Below are positions 1 to 9,063 of a DNA stretch of 63,665 nt, one piece after another. The stretch is from positions 1 to 63,665 of the forward strand of contig JAFWUY010000013.1 in NCBI GenBank assembly GCA_017524035.1, read 5' to 3'. Both the position numbers and the translations under genes were made by a program. Each line of letters begins with the position of its first letter. The stretch's first letter is position 1. Below the pieces are notes generated by a model that saw nothing but the letters and a program-made list of their open reading frames with translations, did not search any database and was not told the origin of the DNA. This DNA is from Lachnospiraceae bacterium. GTDB taxonomy: Bacteria; Bacillota; Clostridia; Lachnospirales; Lachnospiraceae.

Positions 1-114
1 GTTTCAGCTCATGCCGCAGGCCATTCACTTCGTTCAGGCCAGGCGGCCGTTTCTAACGCAGACGACGAAGCTCGAATCCTCATACATTTTGCGTCACCCG
101 CAAATATAAAATAA

Positions 115-141
115 GAGTCAGGAGAAGTTATCTCCTGACTC
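115..141 (-). terminator. Intrinsic terminator of the 147..902 gene
   Basis: Perfect 11-bp stem GAGTCAGGAGA/TCTCCTGACTC with a 5-nt loop, followed on the - strand by TTATTTTATATTT, just past the stop codon at 147. Confidence 0.8.
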
Positions 142-146
142 GGGGT

Positions 147-902
147 TTATGAATTTCTGCTGGTGCGGGATGTTCCGTGAAGGATAAGGTTTTCGTCCGA
201 CGGATCCATCTGGATTATCCGCCCCTTTGAATCGTACTGGGTGAGAAGATTGGAGGATATCGCAGGCCTTCTTTCGCCGCCTCTCGTGATGATCCTTTCG
301 AATTTCTCATCATCGCCGGAAAGAAGGGCATCCTTTATCGCCTTGTCTTCGAAGGGCTTGATATGATCCTCCGAAAGGGAATCTATATTCTTGTCGAAAT
401 CATCCTCAGGCAGGGATGAAAATTCATCCTTTACCGTGCCCTTATGGAAGTTGAGGGAATCCTGTTCATGAAGGGGATCTATTTCACCGGTCCCGAGTTT
501 TTGAAGGCTGTCATCATTTTCTTCATCCGGCTGAGCCGCGCCGTCGTTAAGCGGTTTGCTTTCCCAGATGTTCCCGAATATCCTGAGAATATTTGCCCAT
601 AAGCCTTTAAGGAATTCCTTTATGTTACCGACGAGCTTGCCGGTATCTATTGCACCCATCGGAGCTTCGGGACTCGGCTTTTCTATGGCTGAGTCGTTTG
701 TGGCTTCGGGAGCGGGTTTGCTTTCGTTCTTTTCCGCTTTGGGAGAATGATCGTAATATACTCCTTCATCCTTCGCGGATTCTTCGGCAAGAGCCTGTTC
801 CATCGAAAAAGGAGCGGCGCCCGAACCTCCGGTATTCTTGCCCGAAGCGGCTCCGACCCTCTGAGTCGTATAATTTTGTACTCTCGATACAGGTTCTATC
901 AT
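147..902 (-). CDS. Hypothetical acidic protein (251 aa)
   Basis: Long ORF with its own terminator; hydrophilic, low-complexity centre; C-terminal LLTQYDSKGRIIQ..ILHG segment. No domain recognised. Confidence 0.7.
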   Translation of the reverse strand: MIEPVSRVQNYTTQRVGAASGKNTGGSGAAPFSMEQALAEESAKDEGVYYDHSPKAEKNESKPAPEATNDSAIEKPSPEAPMGAIDTGKLVGNIKEFLKGLWANILRIFGNIWESKPLNDGAAQPDEENDDSLQKLGTGEIDPLHEQDSLNFHKGTVKDEFSSLPEDDFDKNIDSLSEDHIKPFEDKAIKDALLSGDDEKFERIITRGGERRPAISSNLLTQYDSKGRIIQMDPSDENLILHGTSRTSRNS

Positions 903-1016
903 TTTATGCCCTAAATATGACGTTTATGGTATAATGATTTTGTCTTTTTATATTTTATCTTTTATTGACCCGGCGGGCAAGTTTTATAGTTTATTGTTCC
1001 CCGGGGCGGAGTTGAT

Positions 1017-1958
1017 ATGGAAAAGAACAGCAAGATATATGTGGCAGGCCATAAGGGAATGGTCGGAAGTGCTATCCTCAGGGAACTGAAGAAGCAGGGA
1101 TATGAGAATTTTGTCCTGATGAGTCATTCCGAACTGGATCTGTGTGACAAAAGGGCTGTTGAAGATTTTTTTGAAAGTGAGAAGCCCGAGTATGTATTCC
1201 TTGCGGCAGCGAAGGTTGGCGGCATAATTGCCAATTCCGAAGCACTTGCGGATTTCATGTATGACAATATGATGCTTGAGATGAATGTTATTCACTCGGC
1301 ATTCAAGAGCGGTGTCAAAAAACTGGAATTCCTCGGCTCTTCCTGCATATATCCGAGAATGGCTCCCCAGCCGATGAAGGAAAGCTGTCTTCTTACGTCC
1401 GAACTTGAAAAGACAAATGAAGCATATGCGCTTGCCAAGATATCGGGACTTAAGTACTGCGAATTTTTAAACAGACAGTATGGTACCGATTACATCTCCG
1501 TTATGCCCACCAATCTCTACGGACCCAACGACAATTATCACCCCACGCATTCACATGTTGTTCCGGCACTCATCAGGAAATTCCATGAAGCCAAGGTAAA
1601 CGGTGATCCCGAGGTGGTATGCTGGGGCGACGGCTCTCCCTTAAGAGAGTTTATGTTCGTGGATGATCTTGCCGAGCTCTGCGTTTTCCTTATGAACAAT
1701 TACAGCGGAAACGAAACCGTGAATGCCGGCACCGGAAAAGAGATCACGATCAAGGATCTTTCCGAGCTGGTAGCAAAGACTGTCGGATACGAGGGGAAGA
1801 TAGTTTGGGATACAACTAAACCTAACGGAACTCCGAGAAAGCTTCTGGATGTATCGAAGGCAGAAGCCTTGGGATGGAAGTATCATACTGAGCTTGAAGA
1901 AGGACTCAGAGTTTCTTATGAGGATTTTTTGAATAACCCGATGCGAGCTGAGAGATAA
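1017..1958 (+). CDS. fcl: GDP-L-fucose synthase
   Basis: IYVAGHKGMVGSA Rossmann motif, LAAAKVGGI, FLGSSCIYP, YALAK catalytic motif, PTNLYGPNDN. Confidence 0.95.
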   Translation: MEKNSKIYVAGHKGMVGSAILRELKKQGYENFVLMSHSELDLCDKRAVEDFFESEKPEYVFLAAAKVGGIIANSEALADFMYDNMMLEMNVIHSAFKSGVKKLEFLGSSCIYPRMAPQPMKESCLLTSELEKTNEAYALAKISGLKYCEFLNRQYGTDYISVMPTNLYGPNDNYHPTHSHVVPALIRKFHEAKVNGDPEVVCWGDGSPLREFMFVDDLAELCVFLMNNYSGNETVNAGTGKEITIKDLSELVAKTVGYEGKIVWDTTKPNGTPRKLLDVSKAEALGWKYHTELEEGLRVSYEDFLNNPMRAER

Positions 1959-2010
1959 AGTGTTTTAATGTTTAATGACCTGTAAACTTAGAGGGAAAGG
2001 AAACAGATCT

Positions 2011-3489
2011 ATGGAAGAACAAAACATTCAAACTCAGGAAATTGCGGTCGCCAACAAGAGGCTGCTTCAATCGGCAACTTTACTTTGTGTGCTGATAACG
2101 CTTGCCTACATTCTGGAAGTCATAAAAGGTGCAAGGACAGTTCCGTATGTTCTGGTGGTTATCCTGTTTGCACTCGTCCCCCAGATAGTGTCATGGATCA
2201 TCTATAAAGGCAATAACGCATCGGCAGTGGTCAGAAGTGTCGTTGCCATAGGATATGCCGCGATGTATTGCTTTGTTCTTTTTACCACCACGAATGTCTT
2301 GGTTTTCACATATGTGATCCCGATGCTTGTCATCATCACTCTTTTTGATGATAAGAAGTTTATAACGTCCATCGGTGTCGGAACGGTCGTGATCAACATC
2401 ATTTCGATAGTTATCTCGATGAAGAACGGAGTTATTGCCGATACTGCTGTTGCCGAGATCCAGGGATTGGTCGTTCTGATGATCGTCATTTATCTTCTGA
2501 TGGTCAACAGTACCAATCATAAGTTCCAGCTCATCCGCACCAGGACTCTTGAGGATGCAAATGCCAAGACCACTTCGCTTCTTGAGAATATCCTCAATGT
2601 TTCCGACAGGGTGAGCGCAACCGCCGGAGAACTTGCCGATGAAATGTCCTCACTTAAGTCCTCCATCGATCAGACCATAGACTCAATGGAGGAGGTCAGA
2701 CAGGGAACCAATGAATCTGCCGAAGCTTCACAGTCCCAGCTCGTTCAGACAACACAGATCTCGGACCATATCGAAACAGTAAGGAACTCATCCGAAGTCA
2801 TCACACAGAATGTTGAGCTTGCTGCCGATGCCGTCGGAGTAGGACAGCAGAATATCCGCAGGATGACCGAACTTACCGGAGAGGTTGATTCCGCAGGTAA
2901 GGATGTTGCGGGTGCACTGGAGAAGTTCAAGAAGACAGCGGATGAGATGAATTCCATCACCGTCATCATCACCGATGTCGCATCGCAGACCAGACTCCTT
3001 GCCCTTAACGCATCCATCGAGGCTGCAAGAGCCGGAGAGGCCGGAAGAGGATTTGCCGTTGTCGCAAGCGAGATCTCCAATCTTGCCGGACAGACCACTC
3101 AGGCAACCGAGAACATCAATACTCTCATCGCTGATGTCGTAAACCAGGTAGGTACCATGGTCACCACAATTGAAAAGCTTCTTCAGATCGACGACGAAGA
3201 GAGCAAGTGCGCCGCCGATACGGCTGAGAGCTTTGCCAAGATCTCCGGAACCGTCGATATCATCAAGCAGCATACGCTTGAACTTGATACACTTGTAGGA
3301 AGACTTTCGAGTGCAAACGACGAGATCGTCAACAGTATACAGACCACTTCCGCCGTATCCGAAGAGGTTACCGCGCATGCAACCGAAACATATGATGTAA
3401 GTAAGCAGAACCAGGATATCGTTAATAATATCAACGAATTGGTCAACAGTCTTAATGATGATGCCGAGCTTCTGAAGGCCGGCAGATAA
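2011..3489 (+). CDS. Methyl-accepting chemotaxis protein with multi-TM N-terminus
   Basis: Signature [27 protein letters not shown]; about 5-6 N-terminal hydrophobic helices; ATG at 2011 follows AAAGGAAA. Confidence 0.93.
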   Translation: MEEQNIQTQEIAVANKRLLQSATLLCVLITLAYILEVIKGARTVPYVLVVILFALVPQIVSWIIYKGNNASAVVRSVVAIGYAAMYCFVLFTTTNVLVFTYVIPMLVIITLFDDKKFITSIGVGTVVINIISIVISMKNGVIADTAVAEIQGLVVLMIVIYLLMVNSTNHKFQLIRTRTLEDANAKTTSLLENILNVSDRVSATAGELADEMSSLKSSIDQTIDSMEEVRQGTNESAEASQSQLVQTTQISDHIETVRNSSEVITQNVELAADAVGVGQQNIRRMTELTGEVDSAGKDVAGALEKFKKTADEMNSITVIITDVASQTRLLALNASIEAARAGEAGRGFAVVASEISNLAGQTTQATENINTLIADVVNQVGTMVTTIEKLLQIDDEESKCAADTAESFAKISGTVDIIKQHTLELDTLVGRLSSANDEIVNSIQTTSAVSEEVTAHATETYDVSKQNQDIVNNINELVNSLNDDAELLKAGR

Positions 3490-3519
3490 GATTGTTTTTC
3501 CGTCAAAAGAAAATAAGAT

Positions 3520-3548
3520 TTGACACGGTCAAAGCAATTGTATACAAT
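3520..3548 (+). promoter_or_regulatory. Sigma-A promoter (TTGACA-17-TACAAT) overlapped by palindrome ATTGTATACAAT, a putative GntR operator
   Basis: TTGACA 3520-3525, TACAAT 3543-3548, perfect 12-bp palindrome 3537-3548. Confidence 0.75.
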
Positions 3549-3606
3549 AATACAGGCTTTGGCCGTGTATTTTTATGTCTATACGCAGATGCGTAGGAGG
3601 TTAGTA

Positions 3607-4284
3607 ATGGAAGAAGATGTCAAAGAAGGCACTTCCGATAAATATTCATTGAGGGGAAGAGTATTTTCTAGACTCAGGGAAGATATCCTGAACGGAAAAT
3701 ATGATGAGGGAGTCGAACTCAGGGAGATCGCCATCGGAGAGGAACTCGGAGTAAGCCGTACTCCCGTAAGAGAGGCATTCAGACAGCTCGAACTCGAAGG
3801 CCTTATCAAGATCATTCCCAATAAGGGTGCATATGTTGTCGGTATAAGCGACAAGGATGTAAGGGATATCTACATCTTAAGATCCAGGCTTGAAGGTCTT
3901 GCCGCAAGATGGGCCGTTGACCACATCACCGAGGAACAGATGGAAGAGATGGAAGAGAATGTCTATCTTGCCAAGTTCCATACGGAAAAAGGACATAATG
4001 AGCAGATATTTGAGCTCGATAACCGTTTCCACGAGCTTCTTTATGAGGCATCGGGATCCAAGATCCTCGAGCACCAGCTCAAGGATTATCACCAGTATGT
4101 TCTCAGGATCAGAAAGAAGACCCTTGCGAGTGCAAAGAGAGGAACACAGTCCAATCTCGAGCACGAAGCAATCCTCGAGGCCATCAAGAACAAGAATGCC
4201 GATGATGCCGAAAGACTCGCTCATGAGCATATGATCAATGCATACAGGAACATGATCGATAACGGACTCATAAAGCCCGAATAA
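3607..4284 (+). CDS. GntR family (FadR/FCD-type) transcriptional regulator
   Basis: wHTH motif LGVSRTPVREAFRQLELEGL; FCD domain DNRFHELL...EHEAILEAI; AGGAGG RBS before ATG 3607. Confidence 0.93.
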   Translation: MEEDVKEGTSDKYSLRGRVFSRLREDILNGKYDEGVELREIAIGEELGVSRTPVREAFRQLELEGLIKIIPNKGAYVVGISDKDVRDIYILRSRLEGLAARWAVDHITEEQMEEMEENVYLAKFHTEKGHNEQIFELDNRFHELLYEASGSKILEHQLKDYHQYVLRIRKKTLASAKRGTQSNLEHEAILEAIKNKNADDAERLAHEHMINAYRNMIDNGLIKPE

Positions 4285-4289
4285 TACTG

Positions 4290-4314
4290 CACGGGTAATG
4301 CCGCGTTACCCGTG
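4290..4314 (+). other. GC-rich intergenic stem-loop without U-tract
   Basis: CACGGGTAA...TTACCCGTG inverted repeat between gntR and icd. Confidence 0.55.
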
Positions 4315-4350
4315 GATCAAATTATATTATTGTTATAAGGAGTTATTATT

Positions 4351-5559
4351 ATGTCAAAGATTCAGATGACTACACCTCTTGTCGAGATGGACGGAGATGA
4401 AATGACCAGGATCCTCTGGAAGATGATAAAGGATGAGCTTCTTACTCCCTATATCGATCTTAAGACAGAGTATTACGATCTTGGACTTGAGCACAGAAAC
4501 GAGACCGACGATCAGGTAACCGTTGATTCCGCAAATGCCACACTTAAGTACGGAGTTGCCGTAAAGTGTGCGACCATCACTCCCAATGCGGCAAGAATGG
4601 AGGAGTACAAGCTCAAGGAGATGTGGAAGAGTCCCAACGGAACAATCCGTGCGATCCTTGACGGAACAGTATTCAGGGCTCCCATCCTTGTAAAGGGAAT
4701 CAGACCCTATGTTTCAAACTGGACCAAGCCCATTACCCTTGCACGTCATGCATACGGTGATGTTTACAAGAATACCGAGATCAAGGTTCCCGGTGCGGGA
4801 AAGGCAGAGCTTGTATTTACCGCAGCCGACGGAACCGAGGTGAGAAAGACCATCCATGAGTTTGACGGTCCCGGAATCATCCAGGGAATCCACAATACCG
4901 ATAAGTCCATCACAAGCTTTGCGAAGGCGTGCTTTGAGTACGCTCTTTCAACAAAGCAGGATCTCTGGTTCTCAACCAAGGACACCATCTCCAAGACCTA
5001 CGATCACAACTTCAAGGACATCTTTGCGGATATGTACGAGAAGGAGTACAAGGAGAAGTTTGAAAAGGCCGGAATCGAGTATTTCTACACCCTCATCGAT
5101 GATGCTGTTGCAAGAGTCGTAAGAAGCGAAGGCGGATTCATCTGGGCATGCAAGAACTATGACGGTGACGTTATGTCTGACATGGTTGCCACCGCTTACG
5201 GAGATCTCTCCATGATGACTTCCGTCCTCGTATCTCCCAAGGGAGTTTATGAGTACGAGGCAGCTCACGGAACAGTCCAGAGACATTATTACAAATACCT
5301 CAAGGGAGAGAAGACCTCTACCAATTCCATTGCGACCATCTTTGCCTGGACGGGTGCGCTTAAGAAGAGAGGAGAGCTTGACGGAATCGCTGAGCTTACC
5401 GCATTTGCCGAAAAGCTTGAGAAGGCATGCATCAAGACCATCGAGGACGGCAAGATGACCAAGTCACTTTCCCTTATCTCCGATTGCAAGGATCCCTGGA
5501 TCCTTGATTCGGAAGGATTCATAAAAGCGATCAAGGCTACACTTGAGACTCTTCTTTGA
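4351..5559 (+). CDS. icd: NADP-dependent isocitrate dehydrogenase
   Basis: [38 protein letters not shown] motifs. Confidence 0.96.
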   Translation: MSKIQMTTPLVEMDGDEMTRILWKMIKDELLTPYIDLKTEYYDLGLEHRNETDDQVTVDSANATLKYGVAVKCATITPNAARMEEYKLKEMWKSPNGTIRAILDGTVFRAPILVKGIRPYVSNWTKPITLARHAYGDVYKNTEIKVPGAGKAELVFTAADGTEVRKTIHEFDGPGIIQGIHNTDKSITSFAKACFEYALSTKQDLWFSTKDTISKTYDHNFKDIFADMYEKEYKEKFEKAGIEYFYTLIDDAVARVVRSEGGFIWACKNYDGDVMSDMVATAYGDLSMMTSVLVSPKGVYEYEAAHGTVQRHYYKYLKGEKTSTNSIATIFAWTGALKKRGELDGIAELTAFAEKLEKACIKTIEDGKMTKSLSLISDCKDPWILDSEGFIKAIKATLETLL

Positions 5560-5587
5560 TCAGATACAAACCATAACATAAAACAGT

Positions 5588-5626
5588 GGGACGGTTCCGG
5601 CGTTTTTGAAACACCGTAACCGTCCC
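5588..5626. repeat. REP-like palindrome, copy 1 (probably also a bidirectional terminator)
   Basis: GGGACGGTTCCGGCGTTT..AAACACCGTAACCGTCCC between convergent icd and ABC-F; its reverse complement nearly matches 40612-40655. Confidence 0.75.
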
Positions 5627-5634
5627 TAAGTTTA

Positions 5635-7584
5635 TTAACTGAGTTCCTCCCACTTTTCCATTAATTCTTCCAGCTCTGATTCAAGTGCGGTTCTTTCTTT
5701 CGACAGTTCGTTCAGTTTGCCTGAATTTGTTGCGATATCAGGTTCTGACATTTTCTCATCTATTTCGGAGATCCTGTTCTCAATCTGTTCGATCCAGTCT
5801 TCACACTTCTTAAGGTCGTTAGCTTTCTTCCTTGCTTCGGCCTGCTGGGCTTTCTGGGCCTTCCAGTCAGCGGCATTATCGTTTACTGTGCCCAATGCTC
5901 CATCTGCCTTGCTTGCACCGTTACCCGGAGCGGAAGAGGAGCTGCTTGCGGAAGGCGTCCTGTGAACATTGCTTGCTTTTCTTACATCCTCCCTCTTTTC
6001 GAGATAGTAATCGTAATTGCCGATGTAATTATCGAAATATCCTTCATGGAGCTCGATGATCCTGGTCGATATCCTGTTTACGAAATATCTGTCATGCGAA
6101 ACGCAGATGATCGTTCCCTCGAACTCGGAGAGTGCCTGTTCGAGGATCTCCTTGGTGGTTATATCGAGATGGTTTGTGGGCTCGTCGAGGATCAGGAAAT
6201 TTGCATCGGAGAGCATGAGCTTCGCAAGGCTTACGCGGCCTTTTTCTCCTCCGCTAAGAAGCTTTATCTCCTTGTACACATTTTCGTCGGTAAAAAGGAA
6301 TGCGGCGAGCACGGTCCTGATCTGTGTTATTGTCATATCGGGATGCTCGTCCGAGATCTCGTCGTATATCGTCTTGTCCGGGTCGAGTACCAGGTGCTCC
6401 TGATCGTAATAAGCGGTCTCTACATTTGTACCCCATTTAAATGAGCCGGTATCGGGTGATTCAAGCCCGTTTAATATCTTCAGGAATGTGGTCTTACCGG
6501 TTCCGTTGTCGACGATGATGCAGACATGTTCACCGCGTTTTATCTCCACATTCATATCTTTGAACAGGGTTCGTCCGTCAAATCCCTTGGAGAGATTCTC
6601 CACGGTCAGTACATCGTTTCCGGGCACCTTGGACGGCTTGAATCTGAGATTGATCTCATTGCTTATGATTTCGGGCCTGTCGAGGATCTCGATTTTTTCG
6701 AGTGCCTTTTCACGGCTCTCGGCACGCTTGATGGATTTTTCCCTGTTGAAGCTCTTCAGCTTTTCAATGACCTCTTCCTGATGCTTTATTTCCTGCTGCT
6801 GGTTCAGATATGCTTTCATCTGTGCCTCGAAGAGCATTTTCTTCTTGGCCGCATAATCGGAATAATTACCCTTGAAAGAGGAGACATGGGTGTTTTCGAG
6901 TTCGAGGACCGTATCGGCTATCTTATCAAGAAAATAACGGTCGTGGGAGACGATAAGAACGGCACCGTCATATGAGCTCAGATATCCTTCGAGCCAGATG
7001 ACGGAGTTCATATCGAGATGGTTTGTGGGCTCGTCGAGGATTATAAGGTCGGGCTTTTTGACAAGAATGGCTCCCAGTGCCGCACGGGTTTTCTGTCCTC
7101 CCGAGAGGGTGGAGGCTTTTCTGTCAAAATCTTCCTCTGTAAAACCGAGTCCCTTTAATACGCCCACAATCTCGGATCTGAATGTATATCCGCCTTTCAG
7201 ATCGAACTGTGTACGAAGCTTTTCGTACCGGTCCATGGTTACTGCCAGATCCTCCGAAGAGTTCATTTCTTCTTCGAGAGCGGAGAGCTTTGCCTCCGTT
7301 TCGAGCAGATCCGATCTGCACGCCAGCATTTCCTCATAAACGGTCCCGCCGCCGGTAAAAGTACCTTCCTGGGACAAATATCCAAAGGAAGAATCCTTTT
7401 CGTAGGTAACGATGCCGGTATCGGGCTCCGATACGCCCGTGATGATGCGCAGAAGAGTGGTTTTTCCCGACCCGTTGGAACCGACAAGGGCAGTTTTCTG
7501 CCTTCTTTCAACGTTAAAGGAAACCCCGCTCAGGATGGGTCCGGTTTCGAATTCTTTTGATATATTGTTGACACTTAATAACAT
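5635..7584 (-). CDS. ABC-F family ATP-binding protein (YdiF/Uup-like)
   Basis: Two ABC domains (GSNGSGKTT, LSGGQK, LDEPTNHLD; LSGGEK, LDEPTNHLD), no TM segments, C-terminal coiled coil. Confidence 0.94.
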   Translation of the reverse strand: MLLSVNNISKEFETGPILSGVSFNVERRQKTALVGSNGSGKTTLLRIITGVSEPDTGIVTYEKDSSFGYLSQEGTFTGGGTVYEEMLACRSDLLETEAKLSALEEEMNSSEDLAVTMDRYEKLRTQFDLKGGYTFRSEIVGVLKGLGFTEEDFDRKASTLSGGQKTRAALGAILVKKPDLIILDEPTNHLDMNSVIWLEGYLSSYDGAVLIVSHDRYFLDKIADTVLELENTHVSSFKGNYSDYAAKKKMLFEAQMKAYLNQQQEIKHQEEVIEKLKSFNREKSIKRAESREKALEKIEILDRPEIISNEINLRFKPSKVPGNDVLTVENLSKGFDGRTLFKDMNVEIKRGEHVCIIVDNGTGKTTFLKILNGLESPDTGSFKWGTNVETAYYDQEHLVLDPDKTIYDEISDEHPDMTITQIRTVLAAFLFTDENVYKEIKLLSGGEKGRVSLAKLMLSDANFLILDEPTNHLDITTKEILEQALSEFEGTIICVSHDRYFVNRISTRIIELHEGYFDNYIGNYDYYLEKREDVRKASNVHRTPSASSSSSAPGNGASKADGALGTVNDNAADWKAQKAQQAEARKKANDLKKCEDWIEQIENRISEIDEKMSEPDIATNSGKLNELSKERTALESELEELMEKWEELS

Positions 7585-7591
7585 GCCAAAA

Positions 7592-7622
7592 AGTATATCA
7601 TAAAATCCGCTTAAAAGTCAGA
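7592..7622 (-). promoter_or_regulatory. Putative extended -10 promoter (TGaTATACT) of the ABC-F gene
   Basis: TATACT at 7592-7597 on the - strand, preceded by TG; only 7 nt before the ATG. Confidence 0.55.
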
Positions 7623-7643
7623 CATTGCGCGAACCGGCAACAA

Positions 7644-7672
7644 TTGACAAGAATTTAACAGAAATCTATAAT
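7644..7672 (+). promoter_or_regulatory. Consensus sigma-A promoter of rex, with a possible Rex box
   Basis: TTGACA 7644-7649, 17-nt spacer, TATAAT 7667-7672; TTGACAA-GAAT-TTAACAG resembles the clostridial Rex operator. Confidence 0.8.
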
Positions 7673-7709
7673 TATAAGGGTTTTTATGCACTTATATCGG
7701 AGGTGTACT

Positions 7710-8348
7710 TTGGATAAAGATATTTCCAGGGCCGTCATCGGAAGGCTTCCCAGATATCTTCGTTATCTGGGTGAACTTAAGGATAAAAATGTAGAGAGGA
7801 TCAGCTCTTCGGAACTTTCCGTTCTTATGAAGGTGACCGCATCCCAGATCCGCCAGGACCTTAATAATTTCGGCGGCTTCGGACAGCAGGGATACGGTTA
7901 TAACGTCGATTATCTGTATTCCGAGATCAGTAAGATACTCGGTCTTGAACATCAGTATAATTTCATCATAATCGGAGCCGGTAACCTCGGAAAGGCACTC
8001 GGAGGTTATCTTAACTTTGAGAAGAGAGGCTTCATTCTCAAGGGCATGTTTGATAAGGATCCCGGACTCATCGGAACCGAGGTCAGGGATGTCAAAGTAA
8101 TGCCCATGGAGGACCTTCCATCATTTATAAGATCCAACGACATAGATATCGCAGTGCTCACCATACCCAAGGAAGGTGCCGTTCTTGTTGCAAAGGTGCT
8201 TGTCGAAAACGGCATCAAGGCCATATGGAATTTTGCACATGTCGATCTTGATGTTCCCGAATATGTACAGGTTGAGAATGTACATCTTTCGGACAGCCTT
8301 ATGAAACTTTCCTACAACATATCAAGCTATATGGAAAACAATAAATAA
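7710..8348 (+). CDS. rex: Redox-sensing transcriptional repressor Rex
   Basis: RLPRYLRYL, SQIRQDLNNFGGFGQQGYGY, IIGAGNLGKAL, IKAIWNFA; TTG start after GGAGGT. Confidence 0.96.
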   Translation: MDKDISRAVIGRLPRYLRYLGELKDKNVERISSSELSVLMKVTASQIRQDLNNFGGFGQQGYGYNVDYLYSEISKILGLEHQYNFIIIGAGNLGKALGGYLNFEKRGFILKGMFDKDPGLIGTEVRDVKVMPMEDLPSFIRSNDIDIAVLTIPKEGAVLVAKVLVENGIKAIWNFAHVDLDVPEYVQVENVHLSDSLMKLSYNISSYMENNK

Positions 8349-8350
8349 CC

Positions 8351-9034
8351 ATGGCTAAATCCGGACAAGATAAAAAAGAACAATTTGAGCTTTCGCTGAA
8401 AGGCAAGGAGGTTCCGGCACTCACGCTGGATCAGAAATGGTATCACCTTTTGGGAAAAGTAGGTTATGAGGATATCCGCGGCCTTGAAAAGAAACTCAAC
8501 GAGCTTCTCAAAAGGCAGGGTAAGATCAATACCGAGACCCGCGATATCAAGAAGGTAAAGCGCCGCCTGATGGATGAGATCGTTTCTCTTATGGACGAAC
8601 ACCAGGGCGGATCAGACGATGCCGAGTCCAAGATTGCCGAAAACAAGAGACTGCTCAAGGAATGTAATGACAAACTGGATTCCTACGAGGATGAGATGAT
8701 GGAACTCCCCCGTATGATCGACAGCGTCAATAAACAGCTTCTCTGCATCACGATGGAGCACTGTTACGAGACGATGCAGGATAATACGGATGACATCGAA
8801 GAACTTGAGGACTGGATCAGAAATATCCGTATCGAACTCAAGAAAAACCTCATCCGCAAACAGGAAAAGGAAGCCAAGAACCACGAGATCTACAAATACA
8901 TGCATGATATTTTCGGCGCGGATGTGGTCGATCTTTTTGACATGAGATACAATCCCGAGGAAAAGCATCCACGTACCGCTGATGAAGTAGCCGCCGAGAA
9001 GAAAGCACAGGAAGAGAAAAAGGACAACGGGTAA
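8351..9034 (+). CDS. Hypothetical coiled-coil protein
   Basis: 227-aa charged helical ORF starting 2 nt after the rex stop; N-terminal VPALTLDQKWYHL segment. Confidence 0.8.
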   Translation: MAKSGQDKKEQFELSLKGKEVPALTLDQKWYHLLGKVGYEDIRGLEKKLNELLKRQGKINTETRDIKKVKRRLMDEIVSLMDEHQGGSDDAESKIAENKRLLKECNDKLDSYEDEMMELPRMIDSVNKQLLCITMEHCYETMQDNTDDIEELEDWIRNIRIELKKNLIRKQEKEAKNHEIYKYMHDIFGADVVDLFDMRYNPEEKHPRTADEVAAEKKAQEEKKDNG

Positions 9035-9063
9035 GACCGTTTATTGTCCCGCGAAAGGAAGCT

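Noticed and set aside
60-104. Intact tRNA gene at the left edge
   Set aside because: Only a T-loop/acceptor-like fragment with an insert; no cloverleaf can be built.
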